A DNA stretch of 64,000 nucleotides from Octopus vulgaris (lineage: Eukaryota): positions 136,090,001-136,154,000 of the forward strand of contig OX597815.1 in assembly GCA_951406725.2 (NCBI GenBank), given 5' to 3'. The translations under genes were made by a program, and so were the position numbers. Shown here piece by piece: positions 51,234 through 64,000 of the stretch. Every line of letters begins with the position of its first letter. The first letter of the stretch is position 1. The notes below the pieces were generated by a model that saw only the letters and a list, made by a program, of their open reading frames with translations, did no database searches and was not told the origin of the DNA.

Positions 51234-52546
51234 TAAAATATACGCAAGCTGCTGAGTTGTAATAGGATGCACCACCCAAAGGCAGACGTAGATCGCCTTT
51301 ACCTTCCCAGAGCCCAAGGAGGTCGAGGCCTGATCCAATTTGAACTAGCTTACAAAACAACCACAATTGGACTGGCCAAATATCTCGAAATATCGAATGA
51401 CTGGATGCTAAAGCTCGTGGAAAATCACGAGAGACGAAAGAAGCTTCATTATATCATAAAGGAAAGCAAAAAATTTGCTATTGATCTCGTGCAGGATACC
51501 CAAACTGAACAACCCGAGGGAAGTACGGCAACTATTGTTGCAAAGAAGGTGAAAATGATGGCAATGAAAAAAGCGCACGAGCAATTGGCTGATAGGTGGG
51601 AGGAGAAACCTCTGCACGGCAAATATGTGACCCGCAGCAAACAAGCTGATGTTGACCAGAAGCAAACCCATCAGTGGCTGCGGAGCTCAGGGCTAAAAGC
51701 AGAGAGCGAAGGTTTCATCCTGGCTGCTCAAGACCAAAGCCTATTAACCCGGAACTACCAGGCCAATGTGATGAAAAATGGAGCAGACCCAAAATGCCGA
51801 TTCTGCAACGACATGATTGAAACAGTGGACCACCTAATCTCTGGATGTAAAGTCTTAGCACCAGTGGAGTATAAATTAAGACATGACAGAGTTGGCCAAT
51901 ATCTCCACTGGCTAATAAGTCGGCATTACAATATCAAAACTGCCGACAAGTGGTATAATCACCACCCTGAGGCTGTAACTGAAGGAGAAAATGTAACCAT
52001 TCTGTGGGACTTTCCAGTACATACAGACCGAACCATCAAGGCCAATAAACCAGATATTGTTGTGAAAGACCAAAACAATAAAGTTTGCTTATTGATCGAC
52101 ATGAGCATCCCCTGTGATCATAATATCTCAGCGAAAGAGTTTGACAAGCTCAGAAAATATAAAGACCTACTCATTGAAATTGAGAAAATGTGGCATCTCA
52201 AGGCGGTTACAATACCAGTGATCGTAGGAGCACTAGGAATGATCAAGAAGGGAACCGAAAATTATATGAGAATGATCCCTGGCTTACCATCCCTGCAAGA
52301 AGTGCAAAAGATTGTCTTAACTGGTACATCACACGTATTGAGAAGAGCATTGTCGATGTGAGAACTGTTGCTGCTCATGTATTTTAATTAACTTTAAAAA
52401 AAAAAAAAAAAAAATGAACGAACTTCTGAGTTTGGTTTAATGGCCTACCAATATACACTATGAGTTTCTTTGCCCTAGGAGTCGGGAAGACACTCGGCAA
52501 GAAATGGAAGAAAATTTGAAAGAAGAAAAAAAAAAAAAAAAAAATA
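51234..52546 (+). mobile_element. 5'-truncated R4/Dong-like non-LTR retrotransposon adjacent to (TAA)n
   Basis: Uninterrupted C-terminal ORF plus 3' UTR ending in an A-rich tract and taat. Confidence 0.9.
51267..52361 (+). CDS. C-terminal 364 aa of an R4/Dong-like ORF: CCHC zinc knuckle and PD-(D/E)xK restriction-like endonuclease (partial, RT missing)
   Basis: RLYLPR..GGRGL, CRFC..ETVDHLISGC, RHD.V, KPDIVV..LIDMSIP, K..KY..L. Confidence 0.85.
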   Translation: MHHPKADVDRLYLPRAQGGRGLIQFELAYKTTTIGLAKYLEISNDWMLKLVENHERRKKLHYIIKESKKFAIDLVQDTQTEQPEGSTATIVAKKVKMMAMKKAHEQLADRWEEKPLHGKYVTRSKQADVDQKQTHQWLRSSGLKAESEGFILAAQDQSLLTRNYQANVMKNGADPKCRFCNDMIETVDHLISGCKVLAPVEYKLRHDRVGQYLHWLISRHYNIKTADKWYNHHPEAVTEGENVTILWDFPVHTDRTIKANKPDIVVKDQNNKVCLLIDMSIPCDHNISAKEFDKLRKYKDLLIEIEKMWHLKAVTIPVIVGALGMIKKGTENYMRMIPGLPSLQEVQKIVLTGTSHVLRRALSM

Positions 52547-54495
52547 ATGGTTTTAAATTTTGGCACATGGCCCGCAAGTTCGGGGTAAGGTGTGTAACTC
52601 GATAACATCCTCCCCAGTAATCAATTGGTGCTTATCTTATCGACCCCGAAAGGGCAGCACATACCCATACAGAGATATATAGTGTAAAATATACACTATA
52701 TTTTATTAGTCTTGCATGTAGTATAACGAAAGAAAAGAATATCGAGAACACAGTGTAAGTATTTTATATTTATTGGGAAGTATATATATATTTTAACAAT
52801 TTTAACGTTACCTTAAATTGATTAATATCTTTTATCGTTTACAGATTTCAGTCATTGGAGTGCAGCCATGTCGTGACATCACCTTGAACGTTCTTAATCG
52901 GACGAACCGAGATGAAAAATTTATCATTGAGAACTGACCAGCTATGAGCACCTAATCAGAACAACTGACCTATATCAACAAAATCAAAACAAACATCTTA
53001 AGCGATATATATATAATGCGGTATTTGCGAAAATTTTCAGATACGCCGGAGTATTTTGTCACTGAACAGGTCACAGCTCGAGCGACGGAAAGTTTGACTC
53101 CGCACTTCAAATAAATGTTTAAGTGAAATTTACGATTCTTGTGTGTTCCTTAAAGGCTAACTTGTTTCTTCCACACTACATTCGCTTTCAATTCAGCACA
53201 AAATCTCAGGTCAAAACAGACTAGTTATGCAAGTACATCTCCGAAAACCTGAATGATATCTTACAGAAAAAAGTGCATGTTTAATACCTCTCCAAGTGCA
53301 GAAGCAGTAGTTTTGATACAGTACTGTATTTTCGAACTGAGAAAACGAGGGATCGATTTCATTCAACAGCACGGTATTAATATTTAATATATTCATAATT
53401 TTCAAATTAAATACATATTATGATAATTAAGTACTACAATAATACACGAAGGTGCATAAGAAGCGGCATATCACCGTATATATCAGTGTGTGTGCGTGCA
53501 TGTGTGTGTATTATATGTATTTTTAGAAGATGGTTTAGGCAAATAATGATCTAATATGAAAATTTTGAGTAGAATATCCTTACTATGCCCCACGTTTTTC
53601 TTTCAGTGACACTACAAATAATTTTCCAAGTTACGTTGTCACAGCTAAATAAGTTTCAGAACCCCTTTTATAATCACATGGACCTACGAATACACATGCA
53701 CAGAGAACTTGCGAAGGCGGTTTAATTTTCGGAATATTGAGTGATAAATCATAAAATATTTGTGAATGCCCTCGCAAATTAGATACTGCTGTCTGTTCAT
53801 TAAATCAATGCAGTTTATTGTGCTTGTATTTAATTTTATTTAATTAGCTGTTTTAAAATTACAATTAACAATTAATACTCTAGGTAATAATTATAACTCG
53901 TATGTATTTAATCTATAATTTAAAGGTAATACAATTGGGAGGACATTCTCGGATGTCACACTGAATAAATTATTTCGTTTAAAGTTTAACGACTTTTTTT
54001 AATAAACCCTTCTTTGATACAATAGTAATAACCAAGCACAACAGTTGACAAAACTGAATGTATACTATCCAATGATTTATGAAGATAATAGTTGAGAGTT
54101 TGCGGTGACAGTATACACATGCACTTACAGATGTACACTAATATATATAATTGTGAACAGAAGAAATGAAATAAGAGACTTGGGAAAGTAAGCAGTAAAC
54201 AAAAAGTAACATCCAAGAGAAAGTTCTTTTCAGAGATGCTGCCGAAATGGACAGAAATGAACAGTCACGTGTGAAGAGAAGAGAGAGAAAAAGAGAGACA
54301 GAGGAATTAAGGAAAGGGAGAAGAGAGAAAGAAAGAGGAACAAGGAATTAAGGAGGAGGAGAAGAGAGAGAGAGCGAGTAAAAGAAACAGGGACAAAATG
54401 AAGTGCAAAGTAAGAAAGGCACAGAAATGTGTACTTACATATAACTTACATGTACTTACATGTGTACTTACATATAACAAAGTGTACGTACGTCG

Positions 54496-54569
<74 letters not shown>

Positions 54570-54579
54570 ATAATATATA

Positions 54580-54744
54580 TACGACGGGACTCTTTGAACT
54601 TCCGTCCACCAAGTACACTTAGAAGGCTTTGGTCAGCCCGAGGTTATAGTAGATGACATTTACTTAAGGTGACGCGCAGTGGGATTGAACCGGGAACCAC
54701 ATGGTTGGGAAGCAAGTTTATTACCACACAGCCACTCCTGCACC
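54580..54744 (-). mobile_element. tRNA-derived SINE 5' half
   Basis: ttaccacacagccactcctgcacc is the reverse complement of the head. Confidence 0.75.
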
Positions 54745-54749
54745 TATAA

Positions 54750-55072
54750 CCTTCAGGTTACTTAAAATATGTTTGTCACATATTTTAAATTCTAGAGACA
54801 AATTCTCTCTTTTGGTAAAAGGATTTAAAACAGCATATCTGCCCAGTGCTTCTCCCTAACGGGAATTGCTTTTTGGCGTTGAATCTTCCCAGGTTTATCT
54901 CTCTTTGGCATCTCCCATTGAGTAAGGCTAGAAAGCCAGAAAAGCGCGTCCTCAAATCCGCTAGAGATATGGAGTTTTGAAATCTTTTACGATAAGAGAA
55001 GTTTTTTCTCTACAGCGACTTTGCCTTTAGACGTTAAAATATGTCACAAACATATTTTAACCAACATAAAGG
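54750..55072. mobile_element. MITE with ~55-bp imperfect TIRs
   Basis: ttaaaatatgtttgtcacatattttaa..ctagagacaaa versus tttgcctttagacgttaaaatatgtcacaaacatattttaa; related fragment near 42097-42160. Confidence 0.6.
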
Positions 55073-55074
55073 CC

Positions 55075-55111
<37 letters not shown>

Positions 55112-55521
55112 GTGTTAGAGAGAGTAAGTAGATAAAAGCAAAATGAGCTCAGTATAGATAAAACATAATAGTGCTCAAATGGATGTGAACTTAAACCCCA
55201 GCTTCTCCATCCGACGCCAGGGCCTCGCCATCGAAAGTTAGCTACAAAAACTATTCCTATTGGGCAAATGGATTTGCATCTCCACTCTTGAAAAGGAATG
55301 CCTAACTGACTTTAACAATTTCATGTAGTCTTGTTGCAGTTTGCACAAATATGGCATCATATACCACATATTCATTATGTTTATGGTTATTACGTGACTT
55401 GTGGCCATCTTTAAACAACTGCTGCGATAAGACTGAGCATAATTTTTTCTTTATTTCATAATCTGTACTTTGTTCTCCATGTAAGTATATGTCTCAAGGC
55501 TAACCGTATTCATCCGTATTA

Positions 55522-55569
<48 letters not shown>

Positions 55570-55580
55570 CATGTATATAC

Positions 55581-55634
<54 letters not shown>

Positions 55635-55934
55635 TTGTCTTTGTGTAGGTGTGTATACACGCTCACACGCGAAGTACTTCTGCATCGTTTTCGATTCTCT
55701 ATTCTCATCAAAAGTCATTTGTTACTCCGGAGCAACAGATGAACATTTATAAGCAAAATGACACCTACGGGGATTGAATCAAAAATTACAACATCGAAGG
55801 CAAAATTCATAACAATACTTTCTACTGAGCACTCAGGAAAGCTTCGTACTCCTAGTCAAAATTTATACTGCTCTAAGATAAGAATCAGTATATCCCTCGT
55901 GTATTTACTCGAAATCTAGCACACAAAGTGCTGT

Positions 55935-56697
55935 CATCTGCCTGTCGGCTCTACTCCTGCAACTCAACTTGATTTCGAGCCGGGTCGTCTGCTGCTGGAG
56001 AGGACCGATCAGGTAAAGGACCTGGGTATCTTGGTGGATTCCTCCTTTTCGCCTTCGGCCCAGTGCATCCATGCTGCCAACAAAGCACGCGGAATTCTGT
56101 TCTTGATTCGACGGTCATTCGGAATGCTCACAGCAGCCATATTCCTACCACTCTATGTCACGCTGGTGAGACCCATACTGGAGTATGGGATTCAAGCCTC
56201 TTCTCCTTATCTCCTCAAAGACATACAGCATCTCGAAAGAGACCAGAAGCTGGCTACCCGCATGGTTCATGGTCTCAAAAATTTGTCCTACGAAGAAAGG
56301 CTGAGGACGCTCGACCTTTATTCTCTTGAAAAACGCCGCCGCCGTGGTGATCTCATTCTCGCCCACAACATCATAAGCGGAAAGTGTAACCTCTCGAAAG
56401 AGCTGTTCTTCACTCCTGCTCCAGAGCGTCGGCTGCGGGGTCATTCCGAAAAGCTCTACCTGCGACGATTTCATCTCAATCGAAGGAGAGGAGCTTTCTC
56501 CGTCCGGGTTGCGGATCCGTGGAACAAGCTGCCAGACGAGATGGTGAAGATGCCGACGACCGCTTTGTTCAAAGCCTCCCTGGACCTCAAGTGGCCTGAA
56601 CTCTTTACATGAACACCACCCTGTACTTAACTCCATGTCCCTCTACATGGCCTTGCTATTTGCTTTTGAGCCAAATTAACTAACTAACTAACTAACT
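55935..56697 (+). mobile_element. 5'-truncated CR1-type LINE 3' end with (TAAC)n tail
   Basis: KDLGILVD, LYVTLVRPILEY, LSYEERL..L.LYSLEKRR.RGDLI, LRGH, FSVRVADPWNKLP; short 3' UTR ending taactaactaact. Confidence 0.9.
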
Positions 56698-56864
56698 ATA
56701 ACTGTATTGTGTCAAATATATTTTCAGAAGCGTGGAATTATACTCATAAATACACCTGCGAGGCTTAATTAAGACAATGTCTCATGTGCTATACCTTTAG
56801 AGATTTAAGCAGTACAAATATCTCCTTGCAGCGTTATAAATCTTAGCATAACCTGAAAGCATTT

Positions 56865-56865
<1 letters not shown>

Positions 56866-56937
<72 letters not shown>

Positions 56938-57132
56938 TACATACATACATACATACATACATACATACATACATACATACATACATACATACATACATAC
57001 ATACATACATACATACATACATACATACATACATACATACATACATACATACATACATACATACATACATACATACATACATACATACATACATACATAC
57101 ATACGTACGTACGTACATACACATACACACAC
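56866..57132. repeat. (CA)n/(CACG)n/(CATA)n microsatellite
   Basis: Directly visible. Confidence 0.95.
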
Positions 57133-57149
57133 AAGATATAAAGAACCTC

Positions 57150-57457
57150 ATTGGCCATGAATGACACCATGCCATTGCACCGATAAAGTTACACCCCACC
57201 CCGAGGCAGTTTTATTAAAGACCAGCAGTCGCCCATGCACATCAGCCTTCCCTCTCGATGCCGCTGATGTTATCCAAGAGGAAGGTAAATGCCGATACGG
57301 GCTGATTCCAATGACATCGTAAATCATTTCTAGAGCTGAGTGTACTAGAGCAACGAGAACTAAAGTGTCTTGCTCTACAACACAGCACACAGCCCAGTCC
57401 AAGTATCGAACTTGCTATCTCATGTTTGTGAGTCCGACGCTCTAACGACTGAGCCAT
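57150..57457 (-). mobile_element. tRNA-derived SINE (CORE/V-like)
   Basis: Minus strand: tggctcagtcgttagagcg A-box, gttcgatac B-box, gagcaagacacttt...cactcagct. Confidence 0.65.
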
Positions 57458-57716
57458 GGAGTAAAATGGCGTTTGGTCTCCGAGTAATTATGATGATGTA
57501 AGCGATGATGATGAAACGAGGAAAATTCATTGTATGACTGTGACGAAAATAGAATGGAAAGCAAAAGAATAAAAGAGAAGGAATTTTGTTTTAAAAAAAT
57601 GCTGTTAAAATGTTGTAAGAGCTCTTAAAAGATGCGTCTTAAGAACAACTTGATTTCTTACATTTTAATTGCACTTTTGCCATTTTAAAACCGATGAAAG
57701 GGCAATTTATAGTATG

Positions 57717-57749
<33 letters not shown>

Positions 57750-57780
57750 CAGTCAATCTATCTATCCATCTATCTATCAT

Positions 57781-57873
<93 letters not shown>

Positions 57874-57922
57874 AATCTATCTATCTATTTATTTGTCTTA
57901 TGTATCTATCTATCTATCTATT

Positions 57923-57999
<77 letters not shown>

Positions 58000-59613
58000 C
58001 GGTTGAGTTGCTCGGGGTCTGGTTCGGTCCGGACCTCCAAATGGAGAAGAACTGGAACGAGATAACGAGTAGGGTGGTCACTCTCGCCCAGCAATGGGCC
58101 GAGAGGAAACTGTCCCTAAAAGGTCGGGCGGAGGTGGTGAACGCGTACATCGCGTCCATCATCTACTACCGTCTGACCGTCGTACCTTGTCCCGACCTTA
58201 CCATCACCAAACTAGAACGCATCCTCTTCCGCTTCTTGTGGAAAGGATGCGTCCCGATGGTCAGGCGATCCATTTGCTGTCAACACCCGTTAAAAGGAGG
58301 GCTGGGCATGCCGTGGTTGATGATGCGCAGACACGCGCTGAGACTGCGACATCTCCGGCTCTTTGTAGACGACGGTGAACAGGTGTGGTCGCCGTTTGTG
58401 AGGCACGCATTCCCGCAACTCGTCTCCATGACCGAACTACAGTCGTGGATCAAAAAGAGGCCGAAGAAGGGCGAATGGCACCGCGAGTGTCGCGTTGCTC
58501 TCAAGCAGCTCTGCCGTCCCGGGTCGACCTTGAGTGACTTCAACACAACCAAAGCATTCTATAGGGGATTAGTGGAGGGGAGGTACGACGACGAGCTCGG
58601 GGCAAACCTGGGCGTCGACGAGGAATACCTGACCCGCCTGTTTCAAACGACTTTCGGCCCGGGACCTATGGACAACTTCCAGAGATCCCTGGCCTGGCGG
58701 TGCTACCGAGAAGCGCTACCCGTTCGGGATAAGCTCTATAGGCATGGCTCGAGAAACACGGGGCCGACCTGCCCGAGATGCGGGCAGAGCGACGAAACCG
58801 CTCTGCACGCAATCGTGCAGTGTCCAGCAATTTCCCACCTGTGGGCTTATGTCGAACGACTGCTGTCACGTGTGGGACGTGTCGGTTTATCAGCCGAGTC
58901 TATCGTTAATATCGTCACGCCTCCTTCCTTCAAACGGGAAGGAAGAGCTATTTTTATCATACTTGTGGCTATGGCGAAAGAATGTATCTGGTGGACGCGT
59001 CTGAAAGGATTAGAGACAAACACTTTCCTCTCTGGTCAATCTCTCATCAACTTCTTCAAGTATCACTTGAAGAAAAAAGTGAGAGTAGAGAGGCAAGTTG
59101 GTCTAGTGAATGTTTTAAAAAAAGATGGGTGAATGTAGCAAGGATGGCACGTATGAATGACGAAGCCACCTTGACTATGATTCTATGAACCGTAAAAATT
59201 AATACAGAGAGTTGCTTATTTGCAAAAAAAAAAAAAAGAAATATAACATGTGACTTCATTGACCGAGGTTACCGTGGTCTTTTCCGTAGGCTTTTCTTTC
59301 CACGGGTAAACCTCACCTGTCCTCCCCTTTACACTTCATATTGACATTTCTGTGATAACGATCCCTATTGATCAATTTTTTTTCCTCTCCCCCTTTTTTT
59401 GTCCTCTTTCTCTCCTTTTACGATCCCTTTTGATCGACCCCCCTTTTTTATTTTATTTTATTTGTTATTTTATTATTATTATTATTTTTTTATTTTTTAT
59501 TTAAAAAAATTTTTTTTTTTATTTTTATTATTTTTTTTTAAACCTTCAAAAGAAAAGCTCTACCTTGTAATTTGTTCTATCTGTGTGCAGCCCTGTGTGG
59601 CTAATAAAGAAAC
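58000..59613 (+). mobile_element. 5'-truncated Tx1/L1-clade LINE inserted in (TCTA)n
   Basis: LLGVWF, LSLKGRA..N, LFRFLWKG, GGLG, CPRCGQSDETALHAIVQC (zf-RVT-like), frameshift near 59098; U-rich 3' UTR ending aataaagaaac; (TCTA)n on both flanks. Confidence 0.9.
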
Positions 59614-59614
59614 A

Positions 59615-60251
<637 letters not shown>

Positions 60252-61699
60252 TATCTATCTATCTATCTATCTATCTATCGATCTATCTACAGACACACAT
60301 GCAGGCGTTTGTAGAAAAGTGTTTTATGCATAAAGCAAAAAGTTATCTAAGAAGACATAGCTTAGTCAGGCTGAATGCATGTTTTAGAACATCGAAGGTT
60401 ATATTAAATGCAAGAAAGCATGAATTGTTGATTTTAATGAAGTTACCTTTTCCTCTTTCGAGAAGGTAGGACAGTTGTCTGGCGGAAAATGTGAGAAACT
60501 GTAAATGAATAGAGAAGGATAATTACAAAAATCATGGCCAATTGACATATCATGAATGGAAATCACCTTCACAGGTGTCTACAGCTGTCCTCTTTTCTTT
60601 AATGGAAATTTAATTATATACCAGGTATTAATTGTTACGATTTACATTTAGATAGTATCAGTTTTGTCTCGGTCTCTACTGTTAGTGATAACATTTGTAA
60701 AATGTTACTGCTTGCTAGTAATATGCACTGTTCATAGTTTTTGTTTGAGCTAAATTGTTGATTCCATAACGCCACTGTAATTATTGTAAGAGCTCTGGCC
60801 TAAAATTACTCGCCTCTTTATTTCTTTTTCTTCATATTTTTGGTGGGCTCTTTTTGATATTCTTGGGCAAAATTAGTTTTCGACATGTTCTCTTCGTATC
60901 TCCGACACTGGGAATATTTTTAGTGTCGCCTCGTCATATATCACCGTTTTTGTTTCATTAGGTCTTTAGCCCTTACTCTCAACAAACCCTGATGTCTCTT
61001 GACTTATGTTATTAGGATGTATAACCTCAACTGCGTATCTTAGATTATGAGTGTGTATGTGTGTGTATGTGTGTGCATGTGTGTGTGTGCGTGTGTGTGT
61101 TGTGTATCAGTGAGACCCGTGAATATTGGGTTAATTCTGAAAACTCAAACCAAAAAACGTAAGAGTGTAGTCTACGTTGTACCTGTACGGAAAGATAGTC
61201 GAACATCTGTTGCTCATTGAAAACTGAAAGAAATTGGAATACGATGCACTCTATATATACATTTTATAGACTTTATGTACAATTGAATAGACTTAATACA
61301 CAGAACTCATAAAATAAAATATTCATTCTTATTTTCCCATTTTCCCCAGAAACAAACAACATAAAAATATCCCGTACATATGCTACAACCTTTAGTTCAA
61401 GTGCATATATCTGCCGCGTAAATAAGTGTCAATATTTCGCAGAATTGCACTTATGCGCATGCTTTGATAGGTGATATAAAAAAAACTTAGTTCAATTTTA
61501 AAAATTACACTTGTCACTATCCGATCTTCACCTCCACTACAGCCACCTTCATCTCTACCCTTCTCCCATCTTCAGCAGCAACAGCATCTCTCTCTTCCTC
61601 CTCTCTTTCTCTCTTTCACTCTTTCTTCCTTGTCCCTCTCTTTTTCTTTTTCTCTTTCTCTCTCTCTCTCCGCCTTTCTTTAACTTCACTATCAGAACA

Positions 61700-62117
61700 T
61701 CACCCCTTTACTAAAATTATATTTTTAACTCTTTTCCTCTACCCTCACCAAACATTTTTAATCACGTAATAAATATTACGTTTCCCCTAACATCATGGAC
61801 GCTTTTTTCTCCTTCTTTTTCTTTCACGCTCTTTCTGTTTCACTCTTCGCTTTATCCTCTTTTTTATCTCTCCTTTTTCTTTTTCCTTTCTTTCCCTTCA
61901 CGTAATCACGTGAAAGCGGTACATTTGCATTCCCTCAATCTCACGTCATAGACGCTTCTCTCTCCCTCTTTTTCTTTCTCCCTTTTTTCTCTCTCCCTCT
62001 TTTTCTTTCTCCCTTTTTTCTCTCTCCCTCTTTTCTTTCTCCCTCTTTTTCTCTAATTGCGTGAAAGAGTTACTGACGGGCTAAGTTACGCAATGACAAG
62101 CAAAATTATTATAAGAT
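61700..62117 (-). mobile_element. Possible Helitron 5' portion with an internal ~30-bp pyrimidine tandem repeat
   Basis: Minus strand starts a|TCttataataattttgcttgtc; ~30-bp unit tctctctccctctttttctttctcccttttt x3 at 61957-62050; no 3' CTAG located. Confidence 0.3.
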
Positions 62118-62148
62118 CTGTCTATCTGTCTATCTATCAAACTGTATG

Positions 62149-62215
<67 letters not shown>

Positions 62216-62777
62216 GTCTGTCTGTCTGTCTGCCTGTCTGTCTGTCTGTCTGTCTGCCTGTCTGTCTGTCTGTCTGTCTATTTGTATGTATATATGCATG
62301 TGTGTATGAATGTACGTTTCTATGTATGTATGCATGTATGTATGTGTGTATGTATGTAGGTATAATCATCTAGTATAGCATTCTAAGATTTTTCCAGCCA
62401 TGATGCCAAAGTTTAGGGGACTATTTCCTCTTCATGTTGTATTCTCTAGGAGACAGAAAATTCTTGGTGTAGTGAAATGATATTCGTAGAGATCTTTATA
62501 AAAACAAACAGAAAAGCAAGCAATAATTTATTATAAACACTAAATGGGTATCAAATACACAATGACTAAGCCAATTACAAGCTGTTTCAACGAACGGATT
62601 GTTCATTGAATTTGAATTTGTTTTATTTTATTTATTTATTTATTTATTTATTTTTTTTGTAATTGTCATTTGGTATAGATTTGTTCAGTCGGAGTTAACA
62701 ATGGTTTTCTTTGATTTATTTGGTGTTTTCTTTTCATACGGATAATTTTTCTCTTAACTTTATTATTTTCCTGTGTA

Positions 62778-62940
62778 GGCGCAGGAGTGGCTGTGTGGTA
62801 AGTGGCTTGCTAACCAACCACATGGTTCCGGGTTCAGTCCCACTGCGTGGCATCTTGGGCAAGTGTCTTCTGCTATAGCCCCGGGCCGACCAATGCCTTG
62901 TGAGTGGATTTGGTAGACGGAAACTGAAAGAAGCCTGTCG

Positions 62941-62990
<50 letters not shown>

Positions 62991-63205
62991 AGTGTGTGTG
63001 TGTGTTTGTGTCTCTTGTTTGTCCCCCTAGCATTGCTTGACAACCGATGCTGGTGTGTTTATGTCCCCGTCACTTAGCTATTCGGCAACAGAGACCGATA
63101 GAATAAGTACTGGACTTACAAAGAATAAGTCCCGGGGTCGATTTTCTCGACTAAAGGCGGTGCTCCAGCATGGCCGCAGTCAAATGACTGAAACAAGTAA
63201 AAGAG
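62778..63205 (+). mobile_element. tRNA-derived SINE, full length
   Basis: A-box tggctgtgtggt, B-box ggttcagtccc, body, internal (TA)(TG) microsatellite, tail ggtgctccagcatggccgcagtcaaatgactgaaacaagtaaaaga. Confidence 0.9.
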
Positions 63206-64000
63206 AAAAGAGAAAGAGAAAGAGATATATGTGTATGTGTACGTCGCTTTATAACTATTGATTTTCGTGAAATGGAAATAAATGTCAGATTTGAAATAAT
63301 CCTTCAAAGCTACGATCGGAGTTTCTCTAAACGTGTGTGCATGCATATGTGTGTATGTTTCTCTCTCTCTCTCATTCTCTTTCTAAGAGAGATTTTAGAA
63401 AACGTGAAATTAGTAATTAGAAAAGATACAATTGAAACATGAAAATAATAATAAAACGGAAATTTGGCACTGAGGTTAAATGTTGACAACTGTAAACTTA
63501 AAGATTAGAAGAGTGTGAATAAATGTTTGCGAATGTGTGTATGTGCATGTGGTTGTGCGCGAGTCGATTGGTATTGCTAGCTTTAGAATTTTAGATTATA
63601 GTTAAAATTTTCATAGATGTGTACTGCTGCGTCTGTTGTGTTGTAAATAAATAATCAGGTTCGTGTGAAATGTGTGCTACTGTAGTTGCACTTGTTATTA
63701 AGGTTTGAAACATTCTAAATTAACGAGATTTACTGCATTTCCCCTAACTTCGTTTGCCATTTCTACAGTTGTAGGTGAACATGGATTTCTACGACTTCTT
63801 GCGGGACACAAACCTTAACATATCCGTTTGACATTGTATGCATAACTTAAGGTTTGAATATTCACAAGTTTTCTTGGGAATCATAAAACACTGTTGCATT
63901 TCCTAATTGCCTTCTGTCATCAAATTTATACATCACCCTACTAGTCATCTGCTCTTCAGAGCTCACCTTCACGAAACAGAGCCTATTTTACCATGAAATA

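Noticed and set aside
57669-57999. N-terminal part of the 487-aa ORF (YLSI repeats)
   Set aside because: Read-through of the (TCTA)n array; the real LINE coding sequence starts at about 58000
62778-62860. tRNA gene
   Set aside because: A and B boxes are present but there is no cloverleaf; it is the head of a multi-copy SINE

Overview
AT-rich, repeat-saturated eukaryotic DNA with no host protein-coding exon I can support. The microsatellite load and the SINE families resemble a cephalopod, probably Octopus; this rests on recall of the repeat families, not on a search. Most ORFs in the track are microsatellite or SINE artefacts. Recognisable content: one full-length but inactivated mariner (DD34D, 37-bp TIRs, TA TSD), two other Tc1/mariner remnants, and non-autonomous Helitrons. 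Retroelements include R4/Dong-like REL-endonuclease LINE fragments beside (TAA)n, Tx1/L1-clade fragments inside (TCTA)n or (TTA)n, CR1-like fragments, Penelope-like pLTR remnants carrying hammerhead ribozyme motifs, and tRNA-derived SINEs. There are also foldback MITEs. The most interesting signals are an apparently (TCTA)n-targeting Tx1-like LINE, a Meta/MESC-type SINE sharing its 3' tail with those LINEs, minimal hammerheads including a U3-A8 compensatory variant, and a pair of perfect fold-back duplications beside a (TA)58 tract. Coordinates were read by eye and may be off by a few bases.
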